Shown in pieces: positions 23,514 to 33,508 of a stretch of 64,000 nucleotides of DNA. Numbering within the stretch: position 1 is the first letter of the stretch; the number at the start of each line of letters is the position of its first letter. The stretch lies in IMG/VR virus record IMGVR_UViG_3300037484_000235, positions 96,001 to 160,000 of that record. One strand, 5' to 3'. The position numbers were made by a program, and so were the translations under genes. The notes under the pieces are model-generated. The model was given only the letters and a program-made list of their open reading frames with translations. It was not told the DNA's origin and searched no databases. Origin of the DNA: a virus (taxonomy: Duplodnaviria > Caudoviricetes).

Positions 23514-25445
23514 ATGAAGAGCGATGGTGCGTTTTCGTTTCCCAATCTCTTGAGTGAGTTTGTCTACACTCGAACGTATGCACGATGGATGGAGTCGGAA
23601 AAGAGGCGGGAGAATTGGCCCGAGACGGTGGACCGCTACGTCGATTGGATCTTCCGGGGAAAGAACGTTCCCAGCTACCTTCCAGAGCGGGTGCGTCACG
23701 CGATCTTGAACCTCGATGTGCTCCCCTCGATGAGAGCTTTGTGGTGTGCTGGAGAGGCGATGGAGCGAGACAACACCTGCGGGTACAACTGCTCATTCCT
23801 TCCAATCGACAATCTCAAGGCATTCAGTGAGGCACTCTACATTCTCATGCAGGGTACAGGGATTGGCTACTCTGTCGAGAGCACTTTCATCGACAATCTC
23901 CCAGTGATATCGGAGTCCACTGGGGAGTCCGTCGACTACATGATCGGGGACTCCACTGAGGGTTGGGCGGATTCAGTGTACTTCGGTATCACTGCTTTCC
24001 ATCGTGGTCAGGACGTCAAGTTCCATTACGACAAGATCCGACCCAAGGGCTCACGTCTCAAGATCAAGGGCGGCCGTGCATCGGGCCCTGAGCCCCTTAA
24101 GAGGGTTCTCGATTTCGCGAAGGCTACGATTCAGGGTGCTGCGGGCCGTCACCTCAAGCCAATCGAAGCACATGACATCATGTGCATGATTGCAGAGATC
24201 GTGATGGTTGGTGGATTCCGTCGTGCAAGTCTGATCTCGTTCTCGGATCCAGATGATACCGAGATGCGTCATGCGAAGGATTGGAGCCTTGGGCAGTTCC
24301 CAGAGATTCGCTACATGGCGAACAACTCCGCTCTCTACACGGAGAAGCCCACCCGAGAGCAGTACGACCGGGATTGGAAGGCTCTTGCAGAGAGTGGTAG
24401 TGGCGAGCGCGGGTTCTACATCGCTTCGGAGGAAAAACGCCAGAAGCGGGGTGGTGATTTCCGGAGCAATCCATGTGGTGAGATCCTTCTCCGCTTCAAG
24501 CGTGCCAATGACCCCTGGACCGGTGAGGGTGGTGGGGGCCAGTTCTGCAACCTGGCAGCTACGGTTATGCGTGCCCACGACACGTTGGAGACCATGGCCG
24601 AGAAGGTCAAGCTTGCGACTTGGATTGGCGCAGTCCAGTCGAGCTACACACACTTCCCGTACCTTCGCCCTGCTTGGGCGGATCTGTGCAACGAGGACCG
24701 CCTCCTTGGTGTAGATATCACGGGCCAGTGTGATAACCCGGCCCTCTCTGGCGACGAAGAGGCGATGAGCTACCTGAACGCCACGGCGCGTGCTACAGCG
24801 ATCATCGCTGCGGATGCCCTTGGCATCAATCGTCCTGCGGCAGTTTCGTGTGGTAAGCCCAGCGGCAACAGCTCCCAGTTCGTGGACTGTGCGAGTGGGT
24901 TCCACTCTCGCTACTCGAAGTTTTATCATCGGCACGTTCGGATCTCAGCAAAGGATCCTCTCTTCCATCTCATCCGTGACGCGGGTGTGCCCGTCTTCAA
25001 GGAAAACGGTCAGGCTCATTTGGAGGATCACGAGGTCGATGTCTGGGTGGCTAGATTCCCTGTGAAGGCCCCTGAATCGGCCATGACTCGGAATGACGAG
25101 AAGACCCTGGAACAGCTCGAACGCTACCTGAAGATCATGCGTTCGTGGTGTGGTGACAAAGGTCACAACCAGTCCGCTACAATCTACGTCCGTGAAGGCG
25201 AGTGGGAAGCGGTTGGGGAGTGGCTGTGGGAGCACTTCGATGAGGTGACGGGCCTGTCGTTCCTTCCGTATGATGGCGGAAATTACACTCTCGCTCCCTA
25301 CGAGGAACTCACAGAAGCTGAGTACCTCCAGTCGGTTTCGGAGATGCCCAATCTCAACTTCAAGAAGCTAGCTCGATACGAGGCAATGGACTTGGGCGAA
25401 GGTGCTCAGGAGCCCGCGTGCATGGGTGGAGCTTGTCTAATCTAG
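23514..25445 (+). CDS. nrdJ: class II (B12-dependent) ribonucleotide reductase
   Basis: VYTRTYAR, PSMRALW, YNCSF, SNPCGEI, FCNL, KPSGNSSQ, C-terminal ACMGGAC. Confidence 0.93.
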   Translation: MKSDGAFSFPNLLSEFVYTRTYARWMESEKRRENWPETVDRYVDWIFRGKNVPSYLPERVRHAILNLDVLPSMRALWCAGEAMERDNTCGYNCSFLPIDNLKAFSEALYILMQGTGIGYSVESTFIDNLPVISESTGESVDYMIGDSTEGWADSVYFGITAFHRGQDVKFHYDKIRPKGSRLKIKGGRASGPEPLKRVLDFAKATIQGAAGRHLKPIEAHDIMCMIAEIVMVGGFRRASLISFSDPDDTEMRHAKDWSLGQFPEIRYMANNSALYTEKPTREQYDRDWKALAESGSGERGFYIASEEKRQKRGGDFRSNPCGEILLRFKRANDPWTGEGGGGQFCNLAATVMRAHDTLETMAEKVKLATWIGAVQSSYTHFPYLRPAWADLCNEDRLLGVDITGQCDNPALSGDEEAMSYLNATARATAIIAADALGINRPAAVSCGKPSGNSSQFVDCASGFHSRYSKFYHRHVRISAKDPLFHLIRDAGVPVFKENGQAHLEDHEVDVWVARFPVKAPESAMTRNDEKTLEQLERYLKIMRSWCGDKGHNQSATIYVREGEWEAVGEWLWEHFDEVTGLSFLPYDGGNYTLAPYEELTEAEYLQSVSEMPNLNFKKLARYEAMDLGEGAQEPACMGGACLI

Positions 25446-25502
25446 TCACGTGACTGAGGAACGACCAAGAGGGTCCGGCTATCAGTCGGATCCCTCTTCT
25501 CG

Positions 25503-26846
25503 TCAGGACCACTTTGTCTCTGCAATCTCAAGAAGCATATTTTCCCTCTCCCCATATGGGTCCCCAACGCTTCTTATTTTGCTCTCCAGTTTTGCCAAAC
25601 TCTTGATTGGAATGGCGTCCTGGGTCAACCAGGCATAGTCATCCTTCTGTTCAACATGTGGGGTTCCCTCCAACTCCAATGTGTCACCGTAGCCAGAACC
25701 TACATACAGCTTTTCCCCTTCATCTTTGGCCATCTGCAAAGCAATCAGATTTACCTGCTGTTGGTAGGATCTCTCGTAGTCTATCCGGTAGAGGAATAGC
25801 CCCACGTGTGGGTTGTCCCGGAAGAATCCGTATCCAAGGATGTACTTCTCATCCGGATCGTTGAGGAACTCGGATTTGTAGACTACAAATACGGAATCCT
25901 TGGCATACAGAAGAGTCTTGTCCCCATTCATTGGCTTCGGAGTCTCCAATGGGGTCTCAACTGGTTTGGTTCCTCTCAATCCGGAGAGGATTTCTTTGAC
26001 TTGATTTGTGGTGAGTCTCTTTTGACGGATCAATTCGGAATACCATCCGCGTGATAGGAACTCCCGAACTCGGTCTTCCCATAGACGAATGGCGTTTCTC
26101 TCTCCACTTTGAGTGAATCCTCCAGAGGTGAAGGATGGGTTCAATTCGTACCAGGTTCGTCCAATCACTTGCCCGAGTCCGAGCTTCCGGTACTCCTGAG
26201 CTACAGTGAGAAGGGTGGCGCCCCACTCGTTGGTGGCTCTGGCTACGATCTCTCCAAGAGGGTTGAGTATCGCGATGGCCACGCCAGCATCCTGAGTGGG
26301 GGTACCTTCCGATCTGATTTGGAGTGGGCTCCCCTTGATCAGGATGTTTTGCAAAAGGTGGTTGTAGGTTTTTCTGTTGTAGTCAGCTATCTTGCTCACT
26401 AGCGGGACATACTCACCAATGTATTTGACCAGTTTCGATTTCTTGATCTCTTCGGGACTCTTTCCCTTTGTGTACTCCCAGATGATCCGGCTCTTGATTT
26501 GGTCCAGTCGTATCTTGCTGGTGTAGTAAATTACCCCGTTGGATATCACAGCTACTGGGGTATCCTCTTGTTCAATGACCTTCCCATCACTGGTCGGGGA
26601 GGCCAGGACCCGGTATTTGTACCCGTCTATGGTGAACGAGTTGGTGATAGGATACAGGCTCGGATTCAATCCAACCAATGTGTAGTCGTAGGACTCATTG
26701 GGGTGGTGCTTATCCTTTGGGTTCCTGAACTTGAGGAAGATCTCTTTGGTCATCAGCCCTGTTTCATTTGCAGGAAACGACTTGGGCAGAGGGGTTGTAA
26801 CAGCCTCTATAAATCTTTGGGACACTCTGATTGCACTTGGAACCAT
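25503..26846 (-). CDS. hypothetical protein with GNAT-like segment
   Basis: LTVAQEYRKLGLGQVI..TSGGFTQSG resembles an acetyl-CoA-binding motif; N-terminal RVSQRF. Confidence 0.6.
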   Translation of the reverse strand: MVPSAIRVSQRFIEAVTTPLPKSFPANETGLMTKEIFLKFRNPKDKHHPNESYDYTLVGLNPSLYPITNSFTIDGYKYRVLASPTSDGKVIEQEDTPVAVISNGVIYYTSKIRLDQIKSRIIWEYTKGKSPEEIKKSKLVKYIGEYVPLVSKIADYNRKTYNHLLQNILIKGSPLQIRSEGTPTQDAGVAIAILNPLGEIVARATNEWGATLLTVAQEYRKLGLGQVIGRTWYELNPSFTSGGFTQSGERNAIRLWEDRVREFLSRGWYSELIRQKRLTTNQVKEILSGLRGTKPVETPLETPKPMNGDKTLLYAKDSVFVVYKSEFLNDPDEKYILGYGFFRDNPHVGLFLYRIDYERSYQQQVNLIALQMAKDEGEKLYVGSGYGDTLELEGTPHVEQKDDYAWLTQDAIPIKSLAKLESKIRSVGDPYGERENMLLEIAETKWS

Positions 26847-26920
26847 ATCTGTGGTTCTCGATAGTCGGATTCTTGTGTTGTCTCATAAGGCGTAAGGTAC
26901 TTCTGGGCACCTGAATAGCT

Positions 26921-29305
26921 ATGATTCTAGACGACTCCAATTACTTCTCCGGTCGGGTTCACAGCATTGTTTTCGAGAACGAGTCCAAGGCATTCTACAT
27001 CCTAAGGCTCATTTTGGACGGCGGACTTGAGGCACCGGAACTCGATGGCATAGATAAGAATGGGGCCGTCACGGTCCGTGGAGATGTCCCTGGTCTCCCT
27101 ATTGATGTTGGGACATGGTTCGGGTTTGAGGGTAGCTGGGTTACCAATCCTAAGTATGGGAGACAGATTCAGATCACTCGTGCTCCCGTCATGAAGAAGG
27201 ATTGGGATGCTGATACCGCAGAGAAGATCCTTCTGTCCAATGGCATCGGGCTGACCATTGCAGCAAAGCTCAAGGCGCACTTTGGAGAAGACCTTACTGC
27301 TGCTCTTATGGATCCGGAGAAGATTCGTTCCGTTCCAGGAATGACTGAGTTCACTGCCCTTCACGTTCACAACAAATGGCAGGCAGCCAGAGCCCACTTC
27401 CTAGCCTTAGAATTTCTGAATGACCTTGGACTCCCACAGGGTCGTGTTCGTCAGATATGGTCTACGTTCGGAGACCAGGCCCAGGAGATCTTGTCAGTCA
27501 ATCCGTGGGCTCTAGTACGTATTGAAGGTGTGACGTTTCGCGATGCGGACGTGGTGGCCCAGAGGCTTCACCTAGACACGTCGGCTACAAACATGGCTCG
27601 TATCGAGGGGGCGGTACTTCACGCTTGTCGATCGGGTAGGGGCTTCGGGCATCTCTACTCTTCAAGTGGCGAGATGCTGGGGGCAGTTCGTGCAATCGAC
27701 TTTGACTTCTTGGACAAAGATGTGGCTACAGCGGTCAGGAATCTTGCGGACCAGGATTTACTCATTGTGGACCGTTCTGTCCAACATGGGACCACTGCGA
27801 TTTATGATCCTTGGTCATTCAAGATTGAGTCAGAGTCAGCGGAGATCTTGCTGGAACGGCAGACACAGGCTCGTATCACACCAGACAATTGGAAGATCTA
27901 CTCCCGTAATCTCTCCAGCGGTGAAGGCGAGGGGTCGCTTCTGAATGCTGTGAATCTTGCCCTTAGTCGTTTGAGTACGTCTGGGACAATAACGCTTTCT
28001 TCGGCGCAGTCCCAGGGTGTTCGTAATGCTCTGTGTGAGCCCATATCAATCATCTCTGGTCTACCTGGTACGGGAAAGACCAGGAGCCTTCGTGTGGCTG
28101 TAGATATGCTCAGAGACGCAGAGATCCCGTTTCTTCTTGTGGCACCGACCGGCATTGCGGCTAAACGGGCGTCTTCCGTAACTGGAGAACCAGCATTCAC
28201 GATCCACAGGGCATTCAAGGCCAAGGGCAGCTCCGACAACGATCGAGAGTCCACCTATGCTGGGATCGTCGGGGACAGTGATGGACTCTCTGGGTTGGAT
28301 GGGGCGTCAGAGATGTGGGGTTACTCAGAAGCGAATCCACATCCTGCTGAGGTCATCATTTGTGATGAGAGTTCGATGGTGGATCAGCACCTCCTCTACA
28401 GGATCCTGACCTGTACCCGGAAGGATGCCAGGCTCGTGTTTGTAGGGGACGCAGCCCAGCTCCCCTCTGTTGGCCCAGGCAATGTGCTCAGGGACCTGAT
28501 TGCCTCTAAGTTGTTTCCGACGGTGTCCCTGACAGAGATCTACCGTCAGGCAGACACGTCTCCCATTGTCCATGCGGCACACGCTATTCATCGGGGGGAT
28601 ACGCCCGACGCCCCAGCGGGAAGTGACTTCTCTCTTATCGAGGTTTCCGATGAGGAAAAGGTCGCTGCGGTAGTCATCTCAGCTGCGACCAAGCTATTCA
28701 AGTCACACGACAAAACCTTTCAGGTGTTGTCCCCACGTCATTCAGGGAATGTCGGTGTGACTGCACTCAACGCTAAACTCAGGGAGATCCTCAATCCGAA
28801 AAAGGCTTCTCTTCACGAGATGAGGATTGGGTCGGAGGTTCTTCGAGAGGACGACCGCATCATGGTTGTCCGCAATGACTACAAATTGGGCGTCTTCAAC
28901 GGAGACGTTGGTAAGGTAGCCACAATTGACAAGAGGAACAAAGAGGTGGAGATCAAAATTCACGGCCCCCCGGTCATGAACTTTAGGATCCCATTCGCCA
29001 AGGCCCCCGCACTTCTTCGGCTCGCATACGCAGTTACCGTGCACAAATCACAGGGGCAAGAATTCGATGTGATTGTGATGCCTATTGTCAACTCGTTCAG
29101 TCATCAGCTACAGAGAAACCTTCTCTACACAGCGATTACACGTGCTCGTAAGAAGGTGATTCTGATCGGTACCAGATCTGCTTTGGTTCGAGCTGTAGCC
29201 AATGAGAGGGAGAGTTCCAGAAACACGCTCCTCAAACAGAGGTTGCTTGAGGAGTCTGCATCGGAAGGCGTAGTACATACCGAGGCCGACCATGAGCAAC
29301 GATGA
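26921..29305 (+). CDS. recD2: RecD2-like SF1B helicase
   Basis: GLPGTGKT, APTGIAA, TIHR, DESSM, GDAAQLPSVGPG, YAVTVHKSQGQE, YTAITRA; HhH N-terminus. Confidence 0.93.
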   Translation: MILDDSNYFSGRVHSIVFENESKAFYILRLILDGGLEAPELDGIDKNGAVTVRGDVPGLPIDVGTWFGFEGSWVTNPKYGRQIQITRAPVMKKDWDADTAEKILLSNGIGLTIAAKLKAHFGEDLTAALMDPEKIRSVPGMTEFTALHVHNKWQAARAHFLALEFLNDLGLPQGRVRQIWSTFGDQAQEILSVNPWALVRIEGVTFRDADVVAQRLHLDTSATNMARIEGAVLHACRSGRGFGHLYSSSGEMLGAVRAIDFDFLDKDVATAVRNLADQDLLIVDRSVQHGTTAIYDPWSFKIESESAEILLERQTQARITPDNWKIYSRNLSSGEGEGSLLNAVNLALSRLSTSGTITLSSAQSQGVRNALCEPISIISGLPGTGKTRSLRVAVDMLRDAEIPFLLVAPTGIAAKRASSVTGEPAFTIHRAFKAKGSSDNDRESTYAGIVGDSDGLSGLDGASEMWGYSEANPHPAEVIICDESSMVDQHLLYRILTCTRKDARLVFVGDAAQLPSVGPGNVLRDLIASKLFPTVSLTEIYRQADTSPIVHAAHAIHRGDTPDAPAGSDFSLIEVSDEEKVAAVVISAATKLFKSHDKTFQVLSPRHSGNVGVTALNAKLREILNPKKASLHEMRIGSEVLREDDRIMVVRNDYKLGVFNGDVGKVATIDKRNKEVEIKIHGPPVMNFRIPFAKAPALLRLAYAVTVHKSQGQEFDVIVMPIVNSFSHQLQRNLLYTAITRARKKVILIGTRSALVRAVANERESSRNTLLKQRLLEESASEGVVHTEADHEQR

Positions 29306-29693
29306 GATCCGTGATTTGGTGAAACGGGTTAGGGCCGGTTTGAGAATCACAAAGGTGGTTGCAACCCGTTCTGTAAAGGGCAAGAATGGGGACACGTTCG
29401 TTGGGTTCTCCGCCGCCTGGGATACAGTGCAGGAAGACTCAGGGCATGACCTGCTGCCAACATCTGACGTGGATGACTCTCACAACATGGGAACCATGAC
29501 CATGAGGGAGGCCATTGTGGCTTCCTGCCTATTGGCGCGAGAAGCTGATTTGGCGGCCTATCGAAATGCTATGGCTGGTGGCAACATCAGTCCACAGCAC
29601 TGCGTAGACGCTACTGCGGCCATCAAATCTAACTACTCCAAGCTCATCGTAGAGGCCCTTTCTGAGGGTGGGCCTGACAAGGCTAGGGAATGA
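29292..29693 (+). CDS. hypothetical protein
   Basis: coupled ORF in the replication operon. Confidence 0.7.
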   Translation: MSNDEIRDLVKRVRAGLRITKVVATRSVKGKNGDTFVGFSAAWDTVQEDSGHDLLPTSDVDDSHNMGTMTMREAIVASCLLAREADLAAYRNAMAGGNISPQHCVDATAAIKSNYSKLIVEALSEGGPDKARE

Positions 29694-29706
29694 GGTATTG
29701 TAAACC

Positions 29707-30498
29707 ATGAGTGACGCCCCCTCAGTAGAACCATCTCGCATCGAGAGGTTCTATCAGGAACTCGCGGATATGCAGGTAGTGCTTGACGCAGACCCGCTTG
29801 CGCTTGGTCCAAAACGGATGAACGCAAAGACGGCGGAATGCCGGGCTCTGCTTTCGCGCACAGAGCGAATCTTTCTGGAGGTCTCCCAAGATCTGTACTG
29901 GTATAAACGGGAGCATCGCCGGGCTCTTGCTGACTTCGAGCTAGCGGTTAAGGACTTGCTGTCTAATGACCCCGTGGTTCGGTCCAACAGGAGCGCTACT
30001 GATCGAGAGGCCGTGTGCCATACAAAGCTTCGTACAGACAAGGAGAAGATCAGCACCCTCCAGTTTGCATGCGAGGATTTGGAAGCGGTTCTGTCGGTTG
30101 TGAAGACGAAACGAAACGACTTGAAAGACATTGCATCACGATTGCGAGACCAGCTCAAAATCTGTCAGGAGGAGATTGGACTCGGGGCCAGGTGGAGTCG
30201 TGGTAAGTCCAGAGATACAGAATCCCATGGTTCTGAATCCACACCCAACTCTTCTACAGATAGTGTGGTGGCTGCCATGGATGAGATTCTTGCTAGGATG
30301 GACACATCTGTGACTACGGAAGAACTTGAAGCCTCCGACGATGAGGGGTCAGATCCTATACCTCCTGTCACAACCCAGAGTGACCAGGAGATTGACTCTT
30401 TTCTGGGTAACATTACTGACAGCATTCAGGAGCCTGATATTGTGGTACCAAAAATCGACCTTCACCTAGACGAATTACTGGACCTTTTTGACTCTTGA
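29707..30498 (+). CDS. coiled-coil protein, possibly UvsY-like mediator
   Basis: helical coiled coil next to SSB/RecA; family call is a guess. Confidence 0.5.
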   Translation: MSDAPSVEPSRIERFYQELADMQVVLDADPLALGPKRMNAKTAECRALLSRTERIFLEVSQDLYWYKREHRRALADFELAVKDLLSNDPVVRSNRSATDREAVCHTKLRTDKEKISTLQFACEDLEAVLSVVKTKRNDLKDIASRLRDQLKICQEEIGLGARWSRGKSRDTESHGSESTPNSSTDSVVAAMDEILARMDTSVTTEELEASDDEGSDPIPPVTTQSDQEIDSFLGNITDSIQEPDIVVPKIDLHLDELLDLFDS

Positions 30499-30595
30499 AG
30501 GTGTAAGGAATACCATCCTCACTCACACGGGGATCCACACACTGTCTGTCACTCGTTAGAGACGACCATCACATCAACATTAGGAGACGGCGACC

Positions 30596-31333
30596 ATGAG
30601 CAATAACATGCAAGAGTTCGGGTTTGGAGACGGCGACGAGAAGGTTGGTGCCAAGAGCAAGCGCTTCAAGGCCAAGGAAGGCGAGAAGTATCGCGTCTCT
30701 TTCGTTTGGTGGCCGGAGGTTGATGGAAAACCCAACATGGACGCGCCTACTCCCAAGTTCATTGGTTGTAAGCGCCTGTACCTTCAGGGTGTGGGTTACT
30801 TCATCGACAAGGGCGCAGAGTTTACGAAGCTCGCTGGTGCACAATCAAAGATGTATGCCGCGACTCTGATTTGCCTGTGGCCTGTTGACCAGAATGGCGA
30901 GCTTGACAAGGGTCGTTTCCAGAGTGGTGAGTTCCACGTTGTTCCCTGGGTCATGTCCATCGACAAGTACAGGACTATCGAGCAAAACCACAATGAGTTT
31001 CCTCTTGGGACGCATGATCTCAAGCTCACTTGCACGGATACCACGTACCAGAAGCTCACCATGTCCCCAGCCCGTGAGAATCTTCTTCGGAGGCTTTACG
31101 AGAGTGAGAAGCCTGCGACGAAGGAGATCGTTGCCGCAATCCTTGCAGCAACCAAGGAAGGCATCTCTGAGATTGGTGGCGAGCTAGCTCAGGATCTGAC
31201 CATCGAGGAGATTCGAGAGCGCCTTGGTCGTCAGGCGGGCGGCGCAGGTGGACATGGACCCGGGCCTGGGAGTGCTGTCACCCAATCGGATAACAAGCAG
31301 TTCGACTCAATGCTGGACGATATTCTCGGATGA
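30596..31333 (+). CDS. putative ssDNA-binding protein (gp32-like)
   Basis: RFKAKEGEKYRVSF OB-like start, DLKLTC, acidic tail DSMLDDILG. Confidence 0.65.
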   Translation: MSNNMQEFGFGDGDEKVGAKSKRFKAKEGEKYRVSFVWWPEVDGKPNMDAPTPKFIGCKRLYLQGVGYFIDKGAEFTKLAGAQSKMYAATLICLWPVDQNGELDKGRFQSGEFHVVPWVMSIDKYRTIEQNHNEFPLGTHDLKLTCTDTTYQKLTMSPARENLLRRLYESEKPATKEIVAAILAATKEGISEIGGELAQDLTIEEIRERLGRQAGGAGGHGPGPGSAVTQSDNKQFDSMLDDILG

Positions 31334-31460
31334 TCCTCGTCTCCCGTTGCGGTCTGCAACGGACTCGGATACGAGTGAAGAGGGCGCCCCCTCAACAGAC
31401 CAATCTTGTGGTACCCAATTCTCTAGATCGGGTACCTCGCCCGCCATCTGAGGTGACCTC

Positions 31461-32111
31461 TTGCTTTGCCTCGGGCTGGATCCCTCACTTACGGCGTACG
31501 GTTGGGCTCTACACGACTCCGATGCCAAGGGGTCAGCTAGATGTACCCAACGAGGTCGGTTCGCTACCAAGGCGAGCATGACCTTCGTGGACCGTTACGC
31601 GTCCATGCGGGAGTCCCTTCGCCAATTGATTCAAAAAACCAAACCAGACAAGGTTGGCATTGAGTCACCGATCTTCAACGATCTGTTTTCGGAGGGAATG
31701 TACGGGTTGTTTCTGTACTCCAATGAAGCCCTTCGGATCGAACAGAAGGACGTGGTTTTCTTCTCACCTGGGCAGGGTAAAGCACATGCTCGGGAGTCCT
31801 TGAAACGACCCAAGGGTTGGAAGATGCTCAAGGCTGACATGGTTGCGGCTGCAAAACATGATGCTGGTCTAGGGAAGTGGAATCACAACGAGGCTGATGC
31901 CTACTTGATTGCTCGTCTGGCAGCTAGGTTCTGGGACTTCTATGCTGGCGCGATTCAAGAGGAAACACTCACTCCTGTAGAGCTTGCTCAGTTCACTCTG
32001 ATACACACATTTCAGCGTGGTAAACGTGCGGGTCAGGTAGTCAAGAAGGGGCTCCTTTACAGAGAGTCCGATCGGTTCTTCCGCTGGTCTCTAGTTCCAC
32101 CTGAGCTTTAA
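31461..32111 (+). CDS. ruvC: RuvC-like Holliday junction resolvase
   Basis: LGLDPSLTAYGW, VGIESP, HNEADA. Confidence 0.85.
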   Translation: MLCLGLDPSLTAYGWALHDSDAKGSARCTQRGRFATKASMTFVDRYASMRESLRQLIQKTKPDKVGIESPIFNDLFSEGMYGLFLYSNEALRIEQKDVVFFSPGQGKAHARESLKRPKGWKMLKADMVAAAKHDAGLGKWNHNEADAYLIARLAARFWDFYAGAIQEETLTPVELAQFTLIHTFQRGKRAGQVVKKGLLYRESDRFFRWSLVPPEL

Positions 32112-32135
32112 CACGTAACCCAATTCATAGGTCTA

Positions 32136-33461
32136 ATGATGTCTACAGAGAAAAAGCCGCCAGCATCTACCAAGAAGTCCAAGATCGTTCCCGCCAAGAA
32201 TCTCAGTGCCCTTACAAGGGCCCGAGCGGCTCTCAAGGTGGTGTTGAAGGAGGACCATGTCACTCCGCTGTCAGACAACATCTTCAAGACCTCGATGCCT
32301 CACATCCCTACGGGGTCACTTATCATTGACTATTTGATTGGTGGGCGCCCAAATCAGTTTGGGGTTGCACCGTGTCCTGGGACACCTAGAGGCCGTATCC
32401 TCAACCTCTATGGGAATCCGGGTGCTGGAAAGACAACTCTTGCACTCACGACCGCAGCTTCGATCTGCAACGTGGGGGGCACGTGCGTGTATATTGACTG
32501 GGAAAATGAGGTGGAGCCGAGATATGCTGCGGCCCTCGGAGTTCCGGTGCAGGACGAGTCGCGATTCCTCCTCATGCAGCCCAACACGATGGAAGAGGGC
32601 ATGAAGATCATGGTCCAGATGGCGAGTGAGGGTGTGGACCTCATTGTCGTAGACTCTGTCGGAGCAGGTGTACCCGAAGACCTTTACAACCGTGCCGTGG
32701 ATGATGAGGGCAAGGTTACCCGAATCGGTCTGGTGGCAGCGAAGTGGAGCCAGTTCCTCCCCAAGTTCAAGTCCCTAGCGGCTAAGTCCAATACAGCTGT
32801 CATTGGTATCTCCCAGCTTCGTAAGACCATCGACAAGTCTGGACACGGTCCGGACTCCGCTGCTCAGGGTGGGGAAGCGTGGAAGTACTACTCCGCCGTT
32901 CGAATGATGCTTCGCGTCTACTCGAAGGATAAGGTCAAGCAGTTCAATGCCATTACTGGCAAGCCGGAAGACATTGTGGTGGGCACAACTGTTGTCGCCA
33001 AGCTGGACAAGTGCAAGGTGAGTGACAGCGTTCACCACGAGCAGAAGTTCTACCTCAAGAGCGGTAAGGGGATTGACAACAACCGATCCGTCGTAGACCT
33101 GGCCGTGACCTACAAGATCATCACCAAGAGTGGGTCTTGGTATGAGTGGCCAGCAGCTCCGGGAGGTTCGATCCGTGGACAGGGTATGGACGGGGTGATC
33201 AAGTTGATTTCTGAGAGAAAGGGTGCACTACAGACTCTCTTCTCCCAGGTCATCCCCAAGCTTACGTCTACGCCTACGGCAGAACAGCTTGCCTCCCTCG
33301 AAGAGGAAGAGGTGTCTGATGACATCTTTGAGGGAATCGTGCCGGCTACAAAGGCCCAGACGGAAAAGACAGGCGATGCCTCTCTGGATGAAGCGGAAGA
33401 TGAAGATCTTCCGGCTGCGTTCCGAACGGAACTGGAGCCAGAGTCCGAAGAGAACGACTGA
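32136..33461 (+). CDS. recA: RecA recombinase
   Basis: GNPGAGKTT, YIDWENEVEPRYAAALGV, IVVDSV, ISQLR, GGEAWKYYSAVR. Confidence 0.95.
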   Translation: MMSTEKKPPASTKKSKIVPAKNLSALTRARAALKVVLKEDHVTPLSDNIFKTSMPHIPTGSLIIDYLIGGRPNQFGVAPCPGTPRGRILNLYGNPGAGKTTLALTTAASICNVGGTCVYIDWENEVEPRYAAALGVPVQDESRFLLMQPNTMEEGMKIMVQMASEGVDLIVVDSVGAGVPEDLYNRAVDDEGKVTRIGLVAAKWSQFLPKFKSLAAKSNTAVIGISQLRKTIDKSGHGPDSAAQGGEAWKYYSAVRMMLRVYSKDKVKQFNAITGKPEDIVVGTTVVAKLDKCKVSDSVHHEQKFYLKSGKGIDNNRSVVDLAVTYKIITKSGSWYEWPAAPGGSIRGQGMDGVIKLISERKGALQTLFSQVIPKLTSTPTAEQLASLEEEEVSDDIFEGIVPATKAQTEKTGDASLDEAEDEDLPAAFRTELEPESEEND

Positions 33462-33508
33462 AAGGGCTCCCGCACCCCCTGCAAAAGAGGGTGCGAATTG
33501 GAACAAAC

